Positions 37,265 through 46,431 of a stretch of DNA of 64,000 bases are shown here, piece after piece (positions within the stretch are counted from its first letter, which is position 1; the number at the start of each line of letters is the position of its first letter). The notes under the pieces are model-generated. The model was given only the letters and a program-made list of their open reading frames with translations. It had not been told where the DNA came from and ran no database searches. Source of the stretch: Shigella phage KNP5; the sequence record KX452698. One strand, written 5' to 3'. The position numbers were made by a program, and so were the translations under genes.

Positions 37265-37858
37265 TTATTTCAGAGAATTAATGTATTCCTGAACATCGGC
37301 AGAGGTAGTTTCAACCCCAGAAATATTACCGTTAAAGGTTTCAACTCGAGCAAGGGTATCTTCAATATCAACCTTAGTCAGTGCTGCAATTTCAACTACA
37401 TCATCGGCAGTACTAATTCCAAGGGCATTTGCTGCACGAGTTTCACGGATATATTCCAATTTAACCGCAAGTTCTTGACGAGCATCATCTAACTCAACTA
37501 CTTTCTTGGCGATTTCAATTCGCATTTCAGCATAACCGTCAGCCTTAGTAGTCAACTGCTCAGCTGTTCGACGATATAGCAAGCCGAGTTTAGCGTGCAT
37601 TGTTACATCTTGACCTTCGGAAAGAAGTTTACGAATTTCACGCTCTTTTGATTCGGCCTGTCGATTCTTTTCGACAATAAGTTCACGAATACGTTTTTCT
37701 TCATTAATAGATTTAACAGAAGCAGTTTTTAGATCTTTAATTTTATCAAGCAGTTTTGCTGCTGCAGCAGTATACTGTTCTTCAACAGATAGATTTTTAG
37801 CCATAGCAGAACCAAGTTTAGTGCGAATAAATTCAACAATTTTCTTCAGTGTGTTCAT
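37265..37858 (-). CDS. Hypothetical all-helical/coiled-coil protein (197 aa)
   Basis: Heptad-rich charged sequence; weak PspA/IM30-like pattern, not confirmed. Confidence 0.5.
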   Translation of the reverse strand: MNTLKKIVEFIRTKLGSAMAKNLSVEEQYTAAAAKLLDKIKDLKTASVKSINEEKRIRELIVEKNRQAESKEREIRKLLSEGQDVTMHAKLGLLYRRTAEQLTTKADGYAEMRIEIAKKVVELDDARQELAVKLEYIRETRAANALGISTADDVVEIAALTKVDIEDTLARVETFNGNISGVETTSADVQEYINSLK

Positions 37859-37900
37859 AGTATTTCCTTAGGTTGATTAAAAATAAAATCTGTGGAAGAA

Positions 37901-38446
37901 TTATATCATACTATTTAAGAGATGTAAACTATTTTTAATTTTACAAATTCGTTCAGCTTCTTCAACGGCGGCGGCGATAATGCTTTTAGCTATAGGAGTA
38001 CTAATACTAGTAGCTTTTACACTTAACACGATTTCTTTATCTTTACTAGGCCAACCCCATGATTTTTCACCATGAGTGCCTTTAATAACAGCAGACACCT
38101 CAAGTGAGCATCCACTGTCACATGTTTTTACATTAACAACCCAAGGGTCACTTTTCTCAACCGATTTCTCAGCCGGTTTATCCCAGTAAATATTAAGAAT
38201 ACGTGGGACATCAAATTTAGCAGGGCAAATCTTAACTGTAAGACCTTCGCTTTCTAGCCAATTAATAAGAGGGCGTTCATACATGCGGCGATGTGGGCTT
38301 TGGACTCGACAAGCCTTGTGCCCATTGCTTGCGGCTTCACTAAGCTGTTCTAATACCTGTTTTTGCATTATTGATAAGATATCATCAAAAGATTTTTCGG
38401 AAGTTTCATTCAGTTCGGTATAAAGAGACATAACGGTTTTCCTCAA
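37901..38446 (-). CDS. Hypothetical protein (181 aa)
   Basis: Minus-strand ORF. Confidence 0.5.
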   Translation of the reverse strand: MRKTVMSLYTELNETSEKSFDDILSIMQKQVLEQLSEAASNGHKACRVQSPHRRMYERPLINWLESEGLTVKICPAKFDVPRILNIYWDKPAEKSVEKSDPWVVNVKTCDSGCSLEVSAVIKGTHGEKSWGWPSKDKEIVLSVKATSISTPIAKSIIAAAVEEAERICKIKNSLHLLNSMI

Positions 38447-38487
38447 ATTGTAGGCTCATAATATCTCAATCATGAGCCTATGTAAAC

Positions 38488-38751
38488 TTATTTCATATTA
38501 TTGAAATATTCTTCTGCGATTTCGTCGTTATCGTGGTAAACTTTAGAAGACAGTTTAACATAACCTTCTGCTGTGAACATATTAATCACAACCTTTACAG
38601 TATACCACTGTCCGTCTTCATTACCCATTACTGCGTAAGTTTCAAACATCGGATGGTCAGGACCGATAACTTTAATATCATTCACTGTACGACCGAAATC
38701 TTCTGAAACGCATTTCATAAAGAAGTTGAACAGTTCGCCGTAATTATCCAT
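38488..38751 (-). CDS. Hypothetical protein (87 aa from ATG 38749-38751)
   Basis: GGAG RBS; track start at 38805 lies inside promoter -10 element. Confidence 0.5.
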   Translation of the reverse strand: MDNYGELFNFFMKCVSEDFGRTVNDIKVIGPDHPMFETYAVMGNEDGQWYTVKVVINMFTAEGYVKLSSKVYHDNDEIAEEYFNNMK

Positions 38752-38781
38752 TTCATTCTCCAAGTTGTTTTTCTGTATCAG

Positions 38782-38828
38782 TAGTTGATAGTTGTATAGT
38801 ACCATGGAAGAGCAGGGATGTAAATAGT
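38782..38828 (-). promoter_or_regulatory. T4-type early promoter
   Basis: Plus-strand gttgatagttgtatagtacc ... atgtaaatag repeat family. Confidence 0.5.
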
Positions 38829-38959
38829 TTTGTGAAAAAATTTTTAAAAATTTTTAGGGAATTCTAGGGCAGGGAGGGGCAATTAAAAGATAGGATAATA
38901 TATTATAAAGGGTAGAAACTAAATGATGTCTAGAGAGGTCCAGAAAGGCCTAGATACCA

Positions 38960-38990
38960 AAAAGCCCCAACCTTTTGGTCGGGGTTAAGA
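38960..38990 (-). terminator. Intrinsic terminator 3' of internal-protein-like gene
   Basis: CCCCGACC-AAAA-GGUUGGGG stem-loop followed by UUUUU; near-identical copy at 39519-39549. Confidence 0.6.
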
Positions 38991-38993
38991 ATG

Positions 38994-39467
38994 TTATTTG
39001 ATTTGTTTAGCAGACCAAATGCGGTCTTTAATAATTTTTTGAATGTCTTCAACATACTCAAGAGAGTGAACATGTGGATTATCTTTGAAACTATAAGCAC
39101 GGGCTAACTTTTGGCCTTCGGTTTTGATTACTAAAAGCTCTTTAAGGATAGCTTCATATTTAGAGATAATTCCTTTAACAATATTTTTTTCTTGTGCAAC
39201 TTTAGGATCTGCTTTAGGAGCAGGTTTACCCGAAGCCTTTGCAAAAGCAGCGCCAGTAGCAACTAGACTTTTCCAGGCCATACTAACCGCATTTCCCGTA
39301 AATCCTTCTGCTTTCATGTCGCGAGCAAATTGGAATCGTGATTCGTCAGAAGCATCTTTATAGGAATATTTACCCGCTGCAATGGCTGCTTTTGCGACAG
39401 CTTGAATTTCGGTGCTAGATGCTTCATTTAACACCGCTTCATTTAAAAATTGAGCATATGATTTCAT
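38994..39467 (-). CDS. Internal-protein-like head protein with capsid-targeting leader (157 aa)
   Basis: N-terminus MKSYAQFLNE-A; Ala/Lys-rich body; bracketed by repeated terminator hairpins. Confidence 0.55.
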   Translation of the reverse strand: MKSYAQFLNEAVLNEASSTEIQAVAKAAIAAGKYSYKDASDESRFQFARDMKAEGFTGNAVSMAWKSLVATGAAFAKASGKPAPKADPKVAQEKNIVKGIISKYEAILKELLVIKTEGQKLARAYSFKDNPHVHSLEYVEDIQKIIKDRIWSAKQIK

Positions 39468-39518
39468 CTTATTTCCTGTTTTAATTCGTGGATTTAATAT
39501 ACTACTATATTTATACTA

Positions 39519-39549
39519 AAAAGCCCCAACCTTTCGGTCGGGGCTAAGC
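39519..39549 (-). terminator. Intrinsic terminator, likely 3' end of stable RNA
   Basis: CCCCGACC-GAAA-GGUUGGGG followed by UUUUU on minus strand. Confidence 0.55.
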
Positions 39550-39550
39550 C

Positions 39551-39850
39551 TTGCGGCAACCTTGTCGGGGTTCCACCTGCTAAGGCAAGTGTTTGTACGA
39601 AACGCCGGGATTCGAACCCGGTTATTAAGCAGTTGACGCTACTCAATATTTTTAAAAGGCCATATCTCGACCATATCCGAACGTTCCGTCAAAAACGCTA
39701 CTCGGCTTACGGCAAAGATATTTCCTCGAATCGATAATTCGGTGCGCCGTTTCAGCTGTGATAGTAAAGAACCAGAACACAGTAAAACTGTGGGAGGAAC
39801 TATACTCCAGGGAACATCAGTCCGACGACTTACCGGTAGCGACCCGGTTT
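39551..39850 (-). ncRNA. Putative stable small RNA(s) with tRNA-like T-arm
   Basis: No credible ORF, locally elevated GC, CCGGGUUCGAAUCCCGG T-arm-like element, ends at terminator; boundaries uncertain. Confidence 0.35.
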
Positions 39851-39851
39851 C

Positions 39852-40202
39852 TTAATATTCTTTTAAAGTATCAATCTGTTCACGACGTTTACGCCATAAA
39901 TCAATTGCTTCATACGCAGATTCAGCATTTCGAATTAGTCGGCATTTGTGTAAAGACTTATGATTTTGATATTGTGTAGATAACGGAATTTTATCTAAAA
40001 GGTCTTTACGTTCAAAGTATTCGTAACCATCTAAGCCAAATGAACGATTTTTAAGAAATTGCCAATGACCATATTCGTTTTCGACATAAACATAATCCGC
40101 ATGTTGATAAAGCAAATTAATTACACGTTCAGAAATAACAGTGTCATTGTGATTAAAATAAAATGTTAAATCATGAACTACTAAATAAACATTACCTTTC
40201 AT
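39852..40202 (-). CDS. Hypothetical protein (116 aa) directly 3' of tRNA-Arg
   Basis: Minus-strand ORF. Confidence 0.5.
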   Translation of the reverse strand: MKGNVYLVVHDLTFYFNHNDTVISERVINLLYQHADYVYVENEYGHWQFLKNRSFGLDGYEYFERKDLLDKIPLSTQYQNHKSLHKCRLIRNAESAYEAIDLWRKRREQIDTLKEY

Positions 40203-40219
40203 ATTTTCCTCACTTAATT

Positions 40220-40295
40220 GGTCGAGACAGTAGGGATCGAACCTACGACCTAGGACTTAGAAGGTCCTTGCTCTTCCTTCTGAGCTATGCCTCGT
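40220..40295 (-). tRNA. tRNA-Arg (anticodon UCU), CCA encoded
   Basis: Cloverleaf folded by hand; anticodon loop CUUCUAA; T-arm GUAGGUUCGAUCCCUAC. Confidence 0.8.
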
Positions 40296-40299
40296 ATTT

Positions 40300-40374
40300 G
40301 GCGGACATGCATGGATTCGAACCATGGACCAATTGATTAACAGTCAACTGCTCTACCACTGAGCTACACATCCA
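40300..40374 (-). tRNA. tRNA-Asn (anticodon GUU), CCA encoded
   Basis: Acceptor GGAUGUG/CAUGUCC, anticodon loop CUGUUAA, T-loop GGUUCGAAUCC. Confidence 0.7.
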
Positions 40375-40378
40375 AATT

Positions 40379-40465
40379 GGTGGGGAGTGATGGAGTCGAA
40401 CCACCCGAGTCGCAATGACAATGGATTTACAGTCCACACCGCTACCTCTACGGGATAACTCCCCT
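40379..40465 (-). tRNA. tRNA-Tyr (anticodon GUA), long variable arm, CCA encoded
   Basis: Acceptor GGGGAGU/ACUCCCC, anticodon loop CUGUAAA, class II extra arm. Confidence 0.7.
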
Positions 40466-40477
40466 AATTCTTAATTT

Positions 40478-40552
40478 GGTGGCCCTGGGTGGAATTGAAC
40501 CACCATCTGGCGATTATGAGTCGCTTGCTTGAACCTTCCAGCTACAGGGCCT
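40478..40552 (-). tRNA. tRNA-Ile (anticodon CAU, probably lysidine-modified; tRNA-Met not excluded)
   Basis: Perfect acceptor GGCCCUG/CAGGGCC; anticodon loop CUCAUAA; adjacent to tRNA-Thr as in the T4 Thr-Ile dimer. Confidence 0.75.
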
Positions 40553-40553
40553 T

Positions 40554-40629
40554 GGTGCTGATTGACGGAATCGAACCGCCGACCTTCTCATTACAAGTGA
40601 GTTGCTCTACCTACTGAGCTAAATCAGCA
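40554..40629 (-). tRNA. tRNA-Thr (anticodon UGU)
   Basis: Acceptor GCUGAUU/AAUCAGC; anticodon loop CUUGUAA. Confidence 0.8.
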
Positions 40630-40634
40630 AAACT

Positions 40635-40724
40635 GGCGGAGGCGATAGGATTTGAACCTATGAGTCGCCGGAGCGACTGCCGGTTTTCAAGACCGGTGCA
40701 TTAAACCACTCTGCCACGCCTCCA
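40635..40724 (-). tRNA. tRNA-Ser (anticodon UGA), long variable arm
   Basis: Acceptor GGAGGCG/CGCCUCC; anticodon loop CUUGAAA. Confidence 0.8.
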
Positions 40725-40726
40725 GT

Positions 40727-40800
40727 CTCCATACAAGGATTTGAACCTTGGACCTCCTGATCCCAAATCAGGCGCTCTACCAAACTGAGCTACACGGAGT
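40727..40800 (-). tRNA. tRNA-Pro (anticodon UGG), CCA not encoded
   Basis: C1-G72 acceptor; anticodon loop UUUGGGA; 2 nt from tRNA-Ser (dimeric precursor arrangement). Confidence 0.75.
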
Positions 40801-40809
40801 AAATTAAAT

Positions 40810-40884
<75 letters not shown>

Positions 40885-40889
40885 AATTT

Positions 40890-40976
40890 GGTGCGAGAAG
40901 TGGGACTCGAACCCACAAGGAAATCATTCCGCAGCATTTTAAGTGCTGTGCCTTTACCAATTTGACCATTCTCGCG
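40890..40976 (-). tRNA. tRNA-Leu (anticodon UAA), long variable arm
   Basis: Acceptor GCGAGAA/UUCUCGC; anticodon loop CUUAAAA. Confidence 0.8.
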
Positions 40977-40977
40977 C

Positions 40978-41050
40978 TGGGAATAAAGGACTCGAACCTT
41001 TGCATCCTGGAATCAAAATCCAGTGCCTTACCAACTTGGCTAATTCCCAA
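40978..41050 (-). tRNA. tRNA-Gln (anticodon UUG), CCA not encoded
   Basis: U1-A72 acceptor UGGGAAU/AUUCCCA; anticodon loop UUUUGAU; 1 nt from tRNA-Leu. Confidence 0.75.
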
Positions 41051-41135
41051 TTATTAACAAAGGCTCTTAAGCAAGAACCCTTGATGATAGAGGGTATTAA
41101 TCAGTGCGATATGAGTTAATAATAACAAATAATTC

Positions 41136-41415
41136 TTAAAGCAAATTAAACATTTTAACGGTCGGCAAAACAATTTCTTCTTCTATATAAGAGTATTTAA
41201 CACTCTCAACTACACGCAAAAAATCATAATCATAATACTCAGAAGCATTACCTAAAATATTAATAAGTCCTTCAAGCACTTTATTACCATTCACAAAGAA
41301 TAAGTCAAATACACGTTCTTCATCTTCTTCAGATTTATTACCAAGATCAACTTCTATGCGAAAGACCTTTTTAATGAATTCTGGATAAAGCTGGTCTGAG
41401 AACAGTCCTTCAACC
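41136..41415 (-). CDS. Hypothetical protein, C-terminal fragment (N-terminus lost in N-run)
   Basis: ORF runs into gap at 41416. Confidence 0.4.
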
Positions 41416-41514
41416 NNNNNNNNNNNNNNNNNNNNNNNNNNNNNNNNNNNNNNNNNNNNNNNNNNNNNNNNNNNNNNNNNNNNNNNNNNNNNNNNNNNNN
41501 NNNNNNNNNNNNNN
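41416..41514. other. Run of 99 N (assembly gap or masked sequence)
   Basis: Direct observation; identical length to the gap at 5556-5654. Confidence 0.99.
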
Positions 41515-41715
41515 ACCACAATAGCGCTCAATTTTAGTACTAGAATATCTGCTTTTAAACTTCTTCAAAAGATACTGAAATTGTAAGATTTCATGCTCTT
41601 CTACGCCAAACAATGTTTTGGTTTTATTGTTGTCGCCATCATTTTCCCAGGTAGTGACATCAATTACGTAGCCCTGCGGAATTGTAGTACCTAAACAAAT
41701 ATTCATTTTCACCAC
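41515..41715 (-). CDS. Hypothetical protein, N-terminal fragment (3' part lost in N-run)
   Basis: ORF MVKMNICLGTTIPQGYVIDVTTWENDGDNN... runs into gap. Confidence 0.35.
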
Positions 41716-42005
41716 GCTGCATTAATGTAAGTATATTTAATACATTCAAGACCCAAAGGATTCTTGAAAATATCATATTCAAGAGGACCTTTTTCTGTTT
41801 CAATAAAGAAATCAAAATTTACTGTATTAAATGTACGGTCTTCCTTTACTAATTTAACTTGAGAAGATGAACGGCCAATGTAAACCTTTTCAACTTCAAA
41901 ATATGTTAAAACGCCATAATCATCAATCAAGGCTTTAGCTGCTTCTTGATCATATTTATATCCATTTTCAATGGATGATACTTTCGCATAAAGAATCACT
42001 ATCAA
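41709..42005 (-). CDS. Hypothetical protein (98 aa)
   Basis: Minus-strand ORF. Confidence 0.5.
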   Translation of the reverse strand: MIVILYAKVSSIENGYKYDQEAAKALIDDYGVLTYFEVEKVYIGRSSSQVKLVKEDRTFNTVNFDFFIETEKGPLEYDIFKNPLGLECIKYTYINAAW

Positions 42006-42412
42006 CCTCTATCAACAATAACATGAGTATGAGCATTTACAATTTGCCACCAATCGAAACGATTGGAACCATAATCTGGTTTATTTTCATTTTCTTTAAT
42101 GATATCACGCAGTTTATCTTCTGTTTCAGCATACGCAATTAAATCATCATATCCACCACAAGGATAATAATTATCACCTGCGAATAAAAGAAAATTTACC
42201 TTAGATGGATTTACGTAATAATGGTCTTTAGGATATTTAGTTCCTCTCCAATCAGTTACTTCAACATAACGATAAGAAAATCCATTTTTACTTTCAATCC
42301 AACTCCACGCTTCAAAAGGAGTATTAAAAACTTTATCAGGTATTAAATTACCTTCAAAATGAGAAGGATTTGCATAATCCCCAGCATAAACATAGTATTC
42401 GTTAATACTCAT
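42002..42412 (-). CDS. Hypothetical protein (136 aa)
   Basis: Minus-strand ORF, Tyr/Trp-rich. Confidence 0.5.
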   Translation of the reverse strand: MSINEYYVYAGDYANPSHFEGNLIPDKVFNTPFEAWSWIESKNGFSYRYVEVTDWRGTKYPKDHYYVNPSKVNFLLFAGDNYYPCGGYDDLIAYAETEDKLRDIIKENENKPDYGSNRFDWWQIVNAHTHVIVDRG

Positions 42413-42598
42413 CTATTCACCTTTAGAAATTTTATCCATAACGATAGCAATTAAACCAATTAAAAATGCTACTACAAGTGAAAAAACATTTTCTGCTGTA
42501 GTCAATAATCCGCAAATAAATCCAACAAACATTGAAAAACTAAAAGCGGAAGCAGAAATTGCAATAGCAACATTTCGAATTAATTCACAACGTTTCAT
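42413..42598 (-). CDS. Small membrane protein (61 aa)
   Basis: Two hydrophobic helices; GAGGAG RBS 3' of early promoter. Confidence 0.5.
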   Translation of the reverse strand: MKRCELIRNVAIAISASAFSFSMFVGFICGLLTTAENVFSLVVAFLIGLIAIVMDKISKGE

Positions 42599-42611
42599 TT
42601 TATTCTCCTCG

Positions 42612-42660
42612 GTAGTTGATAGGGTAATAGTATCACAACTAAAACCCTATGTAAACAACT
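42612..42660 (-). promoter_or_regulatory. T4-type early promoter
   Basis: Plus-strand ...tatgtaaacaactttgtgaaattattttaaatc repeat family. Confidence 0.5.
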
Positions 42661-42668
42661 TTGTGAAA

Positions 42669-42926
42669 TTATTTTAAATCTTCTAATCGTTTCTTCATCT
42701 TAGAACCATTTTTAGCAATTTCTCCTGCATCGGAGCATAATGCTAAAAGTGCTTTAACTTTAGTTTGGTCTCCTTTAAAAGATGAAGGATCGACTGCAGC
42801 AGCAAGTTCTTTAATACGAGAGAAAAGACGCTCAGCTTCAGCTAAAGCCATTCCAAGCTTTACTTCCATACCGTGAGAAGATTCAGTGATAGTGGTTTTT
42901 GTAGCAAACTCTTTGAAAGTTTTCAT
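42669..42926 (-). CDS. Internal-protein-like head protein with capsid-targeting leader (85 aa), at the T4 ipI position
   Basis: N-terminus MKTFKEFATK...; directly 3' of 57B and its own early promoter. Confidence 0.55.
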   Translation of the reverse strand: MKTFKEFATKTTITESSHGMEVKLGMALAEAERLFSRIKELAAAVDPSSFKGDQTKVKALLALCSDAGEIAKNGSKMKKRLEDLK

Positions 42927-42947
42927 TTTATTTTCCTAATTAATTTT

Positions 42948-42990
42948 GATGAGATAATAGTATCACTACCTCATCAGCATGTAAACAACT
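42948..42990 (-). promoter_or_regulatory. T4-type early promoter
   Basis: Plus-strand ...catgtaaacaactttgtgaaattattttaaatc, nearly identical to the copy at 42640-42670. Confidence 0.5.
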
Positions 42991-42998
42991 TTGTGAAA

Positions 42999-43695
<697 letters not shown>

Positions 43696-43696
<1 letters not shown>

Positions 43697-44421
43697 TATA
43701 GTACCTTTAGTGTATTTTTAATTTTAGAAAAAAGTTCTTCAAGAGAACCATCGTTTGTAATTACTAAATCGCCATCACGAATTGGCAATCCAGCTTCTGT
43801 AATATGAGTATCATTGGATTTTTGACCAGGACGAACTACATGAATTACTGTAGCACCCATCGCCCTAGCCGCATCCATTTCATGATCTTGACGAGTATCA
43901 GGAACGATATAATAATCATAGCCTGAGTTAAATTTATCAAGATAATCTAAAGCAAATAATTTTACCCAATACATGCGGTCGAAGTTATTAACAATCAAAT
44001 CCGTACCTAGGGCTTGCATCAGACGACGGACTGACCATTGATCTTCAATATTATTTATAACGTCAGCAATCTTATTAAATGCTACGAAAGTAACTGATTC
44101 TTTTCCTTCGTCATCAAAAACAAACACGCCTTTAATTGGGCTTTTACTATTAAGATAGCAAAATGCTTGTTCCATAATCGTAATTACTTCTAATTTAGTC
44201 AAATTCAAATTAGTCTCACGATCATAGTCAATTCCTTCAAACTCTTTACGAGTTAAGCAAGGATAGTCAGTGTTTGCTGCAAATACGCCCCATGCATAAG
44301 CCAATGCATCTTTAATAGGACCAGCAAGTTGATATTTAGCTGCAGAATAATTATTCATGATAAAATCTGCAGTAGTATCTTTTCCACTACGCTTTACACC
44401 ACTTAAAAAGATTAGTTTCAT
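43696..44421 (-). CDS. 1: Deoxynucleoside monophosphate kinase gp1 (241 aa)
   Basis: P-loop LSGVKRSGKDT; same length as T4 gp1. Confidence 0.9.
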
Positions 44422-44470
44422 ATGTTTCTCCTCAAATTTAGTTAAGATTATAACACATGAAACTGAAGCA

Positions 44471-45001
44471 TTAAACTTCTGCTATAATTTTGCCATCTTT
44501 TTCTACTTGAAAATACGTATAAGGAATCGTTGCTGTGCATACTAAAGCTGGGTCTGAATCTTCTGTGTAGCTAAATTCTACTTCAGACAGGTCAGAAACC
44601 CAAGGCTTATAAAAATTTATTGACATCACAATTTCAGTTTTACTATTATCTAAAATGTAAAGCGTAATGTATTCAGGACCTGTTTTTTGGGCAGTATTTT
44701 CACCTGTAAGATAGTTACTAGTTCCTAGCATCCATTCATACATTCCTATCCACGACTTAAGCTCTTCATCAACTATAAATCTCACGATGAGTGGATCGTA
44801 CTCAAATGTAACTCCTGGACGCTGTGCTCTACCTAGTCCAAACGGCCCAGTCACGGTATCAGTAACAGGTATTCTAATTCCCGGAATAGGAACTGATTGA
44901 GCATTTAAAGTAAAAGCAGATGTAGTATTACTATGTGGTATTGATACTACAAAGTTAGTTGTATTTGCTTGGTTAAAAATTTGTTGCAGTGCTTGCGACA
45001 T
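44471..45001 (-). CDS. 3: Tail completion and sheath stabiliser gp3 (176 aa)
   Basis: ATG 44999-45001 after GAGGAA RBS (MSQALQQIFNQ...); ORF track extends 27 codons upstream. Confidence 0.85.
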   Translation of the reverse strand: MSQALQQIFNQANTTNFVVSIPHSNTTSAFTLNAQSVPIPGIRIPVTDTVTGPFGLGRAQRPGVTFEYDPLIVRFIVDEELKSWIGMYEWMLGTSNYLTGENTAQKTGPEYITLYILDNSKTEIVMSINFYKPWVSDLSEVEFSYTEDSDPALVCTATIPYTYFQVEKDGKIIAEV

Positions 45002-45107
45002 ATATTCCTCATAATGCTTTATAAATGTTGGTGGTATAATGGGTCTAAGTCCCTTCCATTCAATTCCAATTAGAACAAACAATAGAAAAGAATGGAAGAT
45101 AATAGAA

Positions 45108-45932
45108 TTAGATATTTGACCAGACTTTGTTTGCAGAGAAACGTTTTCCTTTTGAAACGAACTGCTGAAGTGGCATTAACACAACGTTCGCCCAGTCTTT
45201 CGGGGCGATTTCAACAAGGCTACCCATAATATTACCAGGTATATATGCCTTAATCATTTGGTCTGCACCTCTAAATCCTTTCACTTGACTCCAATCAATT
45301 TTTAATTTCGTTTTATTAGTAATAGTAGGTGTATTTGAATATTGCTTTAAAAGCTCTTCTAGAAATTGCTGACGAGCTTTAGGTGGAATATAGTGCAAGT
45401 TCAATCCGTACATTAAATTATGTTTACCTAAACCAAGATAAATTATCAAAGGAAATTTATCCCAGTAAGGAAGAGTTTCCTTGTGTTTAGCATCATAAGC
45501 AAAAGCATATATTCGTCCCGGCTGCGGGCGAACAACCTTATGTCCTTTTACTTGCTTAATAGTTTCAGCAAACCACTTTCTGGTTTTATTATTAATTGCT
45601 GCGCCTTCATTACGAATTTTATCACGTAATGTTTGCCTGAATGAATTTATCATAAGCAGTTGTCTTTCTTGCTTATTGAGTTTATTCATTGGTTTTGATT
45701 CAAGCTTTTGAATCTTTTCAGCTGTTTTAATTCCTGAAGCATATTTTGACATTGCTGAAGTAAACGTAGAGTATTTGATTCCTCTTTCTTCGGCAAATTG
45801 CTTTCCTGTCATTCCTTTTGCTTTGGCCTTTCTGTATTCAAGACCTATCTGAATCCATTTCTTTTCGTTTAATGATTGCTTAACCTTTGGAACTTGGGGA
45901 GTGCTTTCATTAATTATTTGAAAAATAGCCAT
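45108..45932 (-). CDS. 2: DNA end-protector protein gp2 (274 aa)
   Basis: Length and order 4-2-3-1 as in T4. Confidence 0.85.
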   Translation of the reverse strand: MAIFQIINESTPQVPKVKQSLNEKKWIQIGLEYRKAKAKGMTGKQFAEERGIKYSTFTSAMSKYASGIKTAEKIQKLESKPMNKLNKQERQLLMINSFRQTLRDKIRNEGAAINNKTRKWFAETIKQVKGHKVVRPQPGRIYAFAYDAKHKETLPYWDKFPLIIYLGLGKHNLMYGLNLHYIPPKARQQFLEELLKQYSNTPTITNKTKLKIDWSQVKGFRGADQMIKAYIPGNIMGSLVEIAPKDWANVVLMPLQQFVSKGKRFSANKVWSNI

Positions 45933-46384
45933 TATGCCCCCTTAAAGCCAAGAGCTCGTAATCCATCTTCTGTTAGAATTCTAAATTTTATTCCACGCTT
46001 TTCAGCTAAAGCTTGCGCTGCTTTCCATTTGTCAGTATTAACGGAATATGTATAAATTTCATTCATAAATCTTTTCTTCGCTGCAGTTGTTAGATGTGCT
46101 GGTTTAACTGGTGGTTGTGTTTCTTTTTTAGGTTTTATTTCAATAAAAAATTCTTGTCCAGAAGAATCTTTCATCCAAATATCCATGAAGTATCTACGTT
46201 TTTTCCCTTCTGCATTACAAAAATAAGGAATTACTGCTGTTTCACTACCCCATGCAATAATTTCTGGATTTTTATCTAACCATTCAAAAAAGAATTTTTC
46301 CCAATTTGATCTATACGTAATTTTTTTAGGGTCACCTCTATATTTTGATATATTTTTAGGAACCCATTTTCCAGAATATGCCAT
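45932..46384 (-). CDS. 4: Head completion protein gp4 (150 aa)
   Basis: AAGGAG RBS; length and position match T4 gp4. Confidence 0.85.
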   Translation of the reverse strand: MAYSGKWVPKNISKYRGDPKKITYRSNWEKFFFEWLDKNPEIIAWGSETAVIPYFCNAEGKKRRYFMDIWMKDSSGQEFFIEIKPKKETQPPVKPAHLTTAAKKRFMNEIYTYSVNTDKWKAAQALAEKRGIKFRILTEDGLRALGFKGA

Positions 46385-46395
46385 TGGATTCTCCT

Positions 46396-46403
46396 TATAA
46401 ATA
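46396..46403 (+). promoter_or_regulatory. Late promoter (TATAAATA) for gene 53
   Basis: Exact TATAAATA 29 nt before gene 53 ATG; divergent with the gene 4 late promoter. Confidence 0.55.
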
Positions 46404-46410
46404 GATAATA

Positions 46411-46418
46411 TATTTATA
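46411..46418 (-). promoter_or_regulatory. Late promoter (TATAAATA) for gene 4
   Basis: Plus-strand tatttata = minus-strand TATAAATA about 27 nt before the gene 4 ATG. Confidence 0.55.
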
Positions 46419-46431
46419 AACAGGAGGGCCC

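Noticed and set aside
38835-38958. G-rich stretch (gggcagggaggggc) between terminator and promoter as a possible ncRNA or G-quadruplex element
   Set aside because: Too short and without flanking promoter or terminator of its own; more likely promoter-upstream spacer. Insufficient evidence.
39758-39979. Plus-strand 73-aa ORF in the region after tRNA-Arg
   Set aside because: It overlaps the better-supported minus-strand ORF 39852-40202 and the putative stable RNA; wrong strand for this transcription block.
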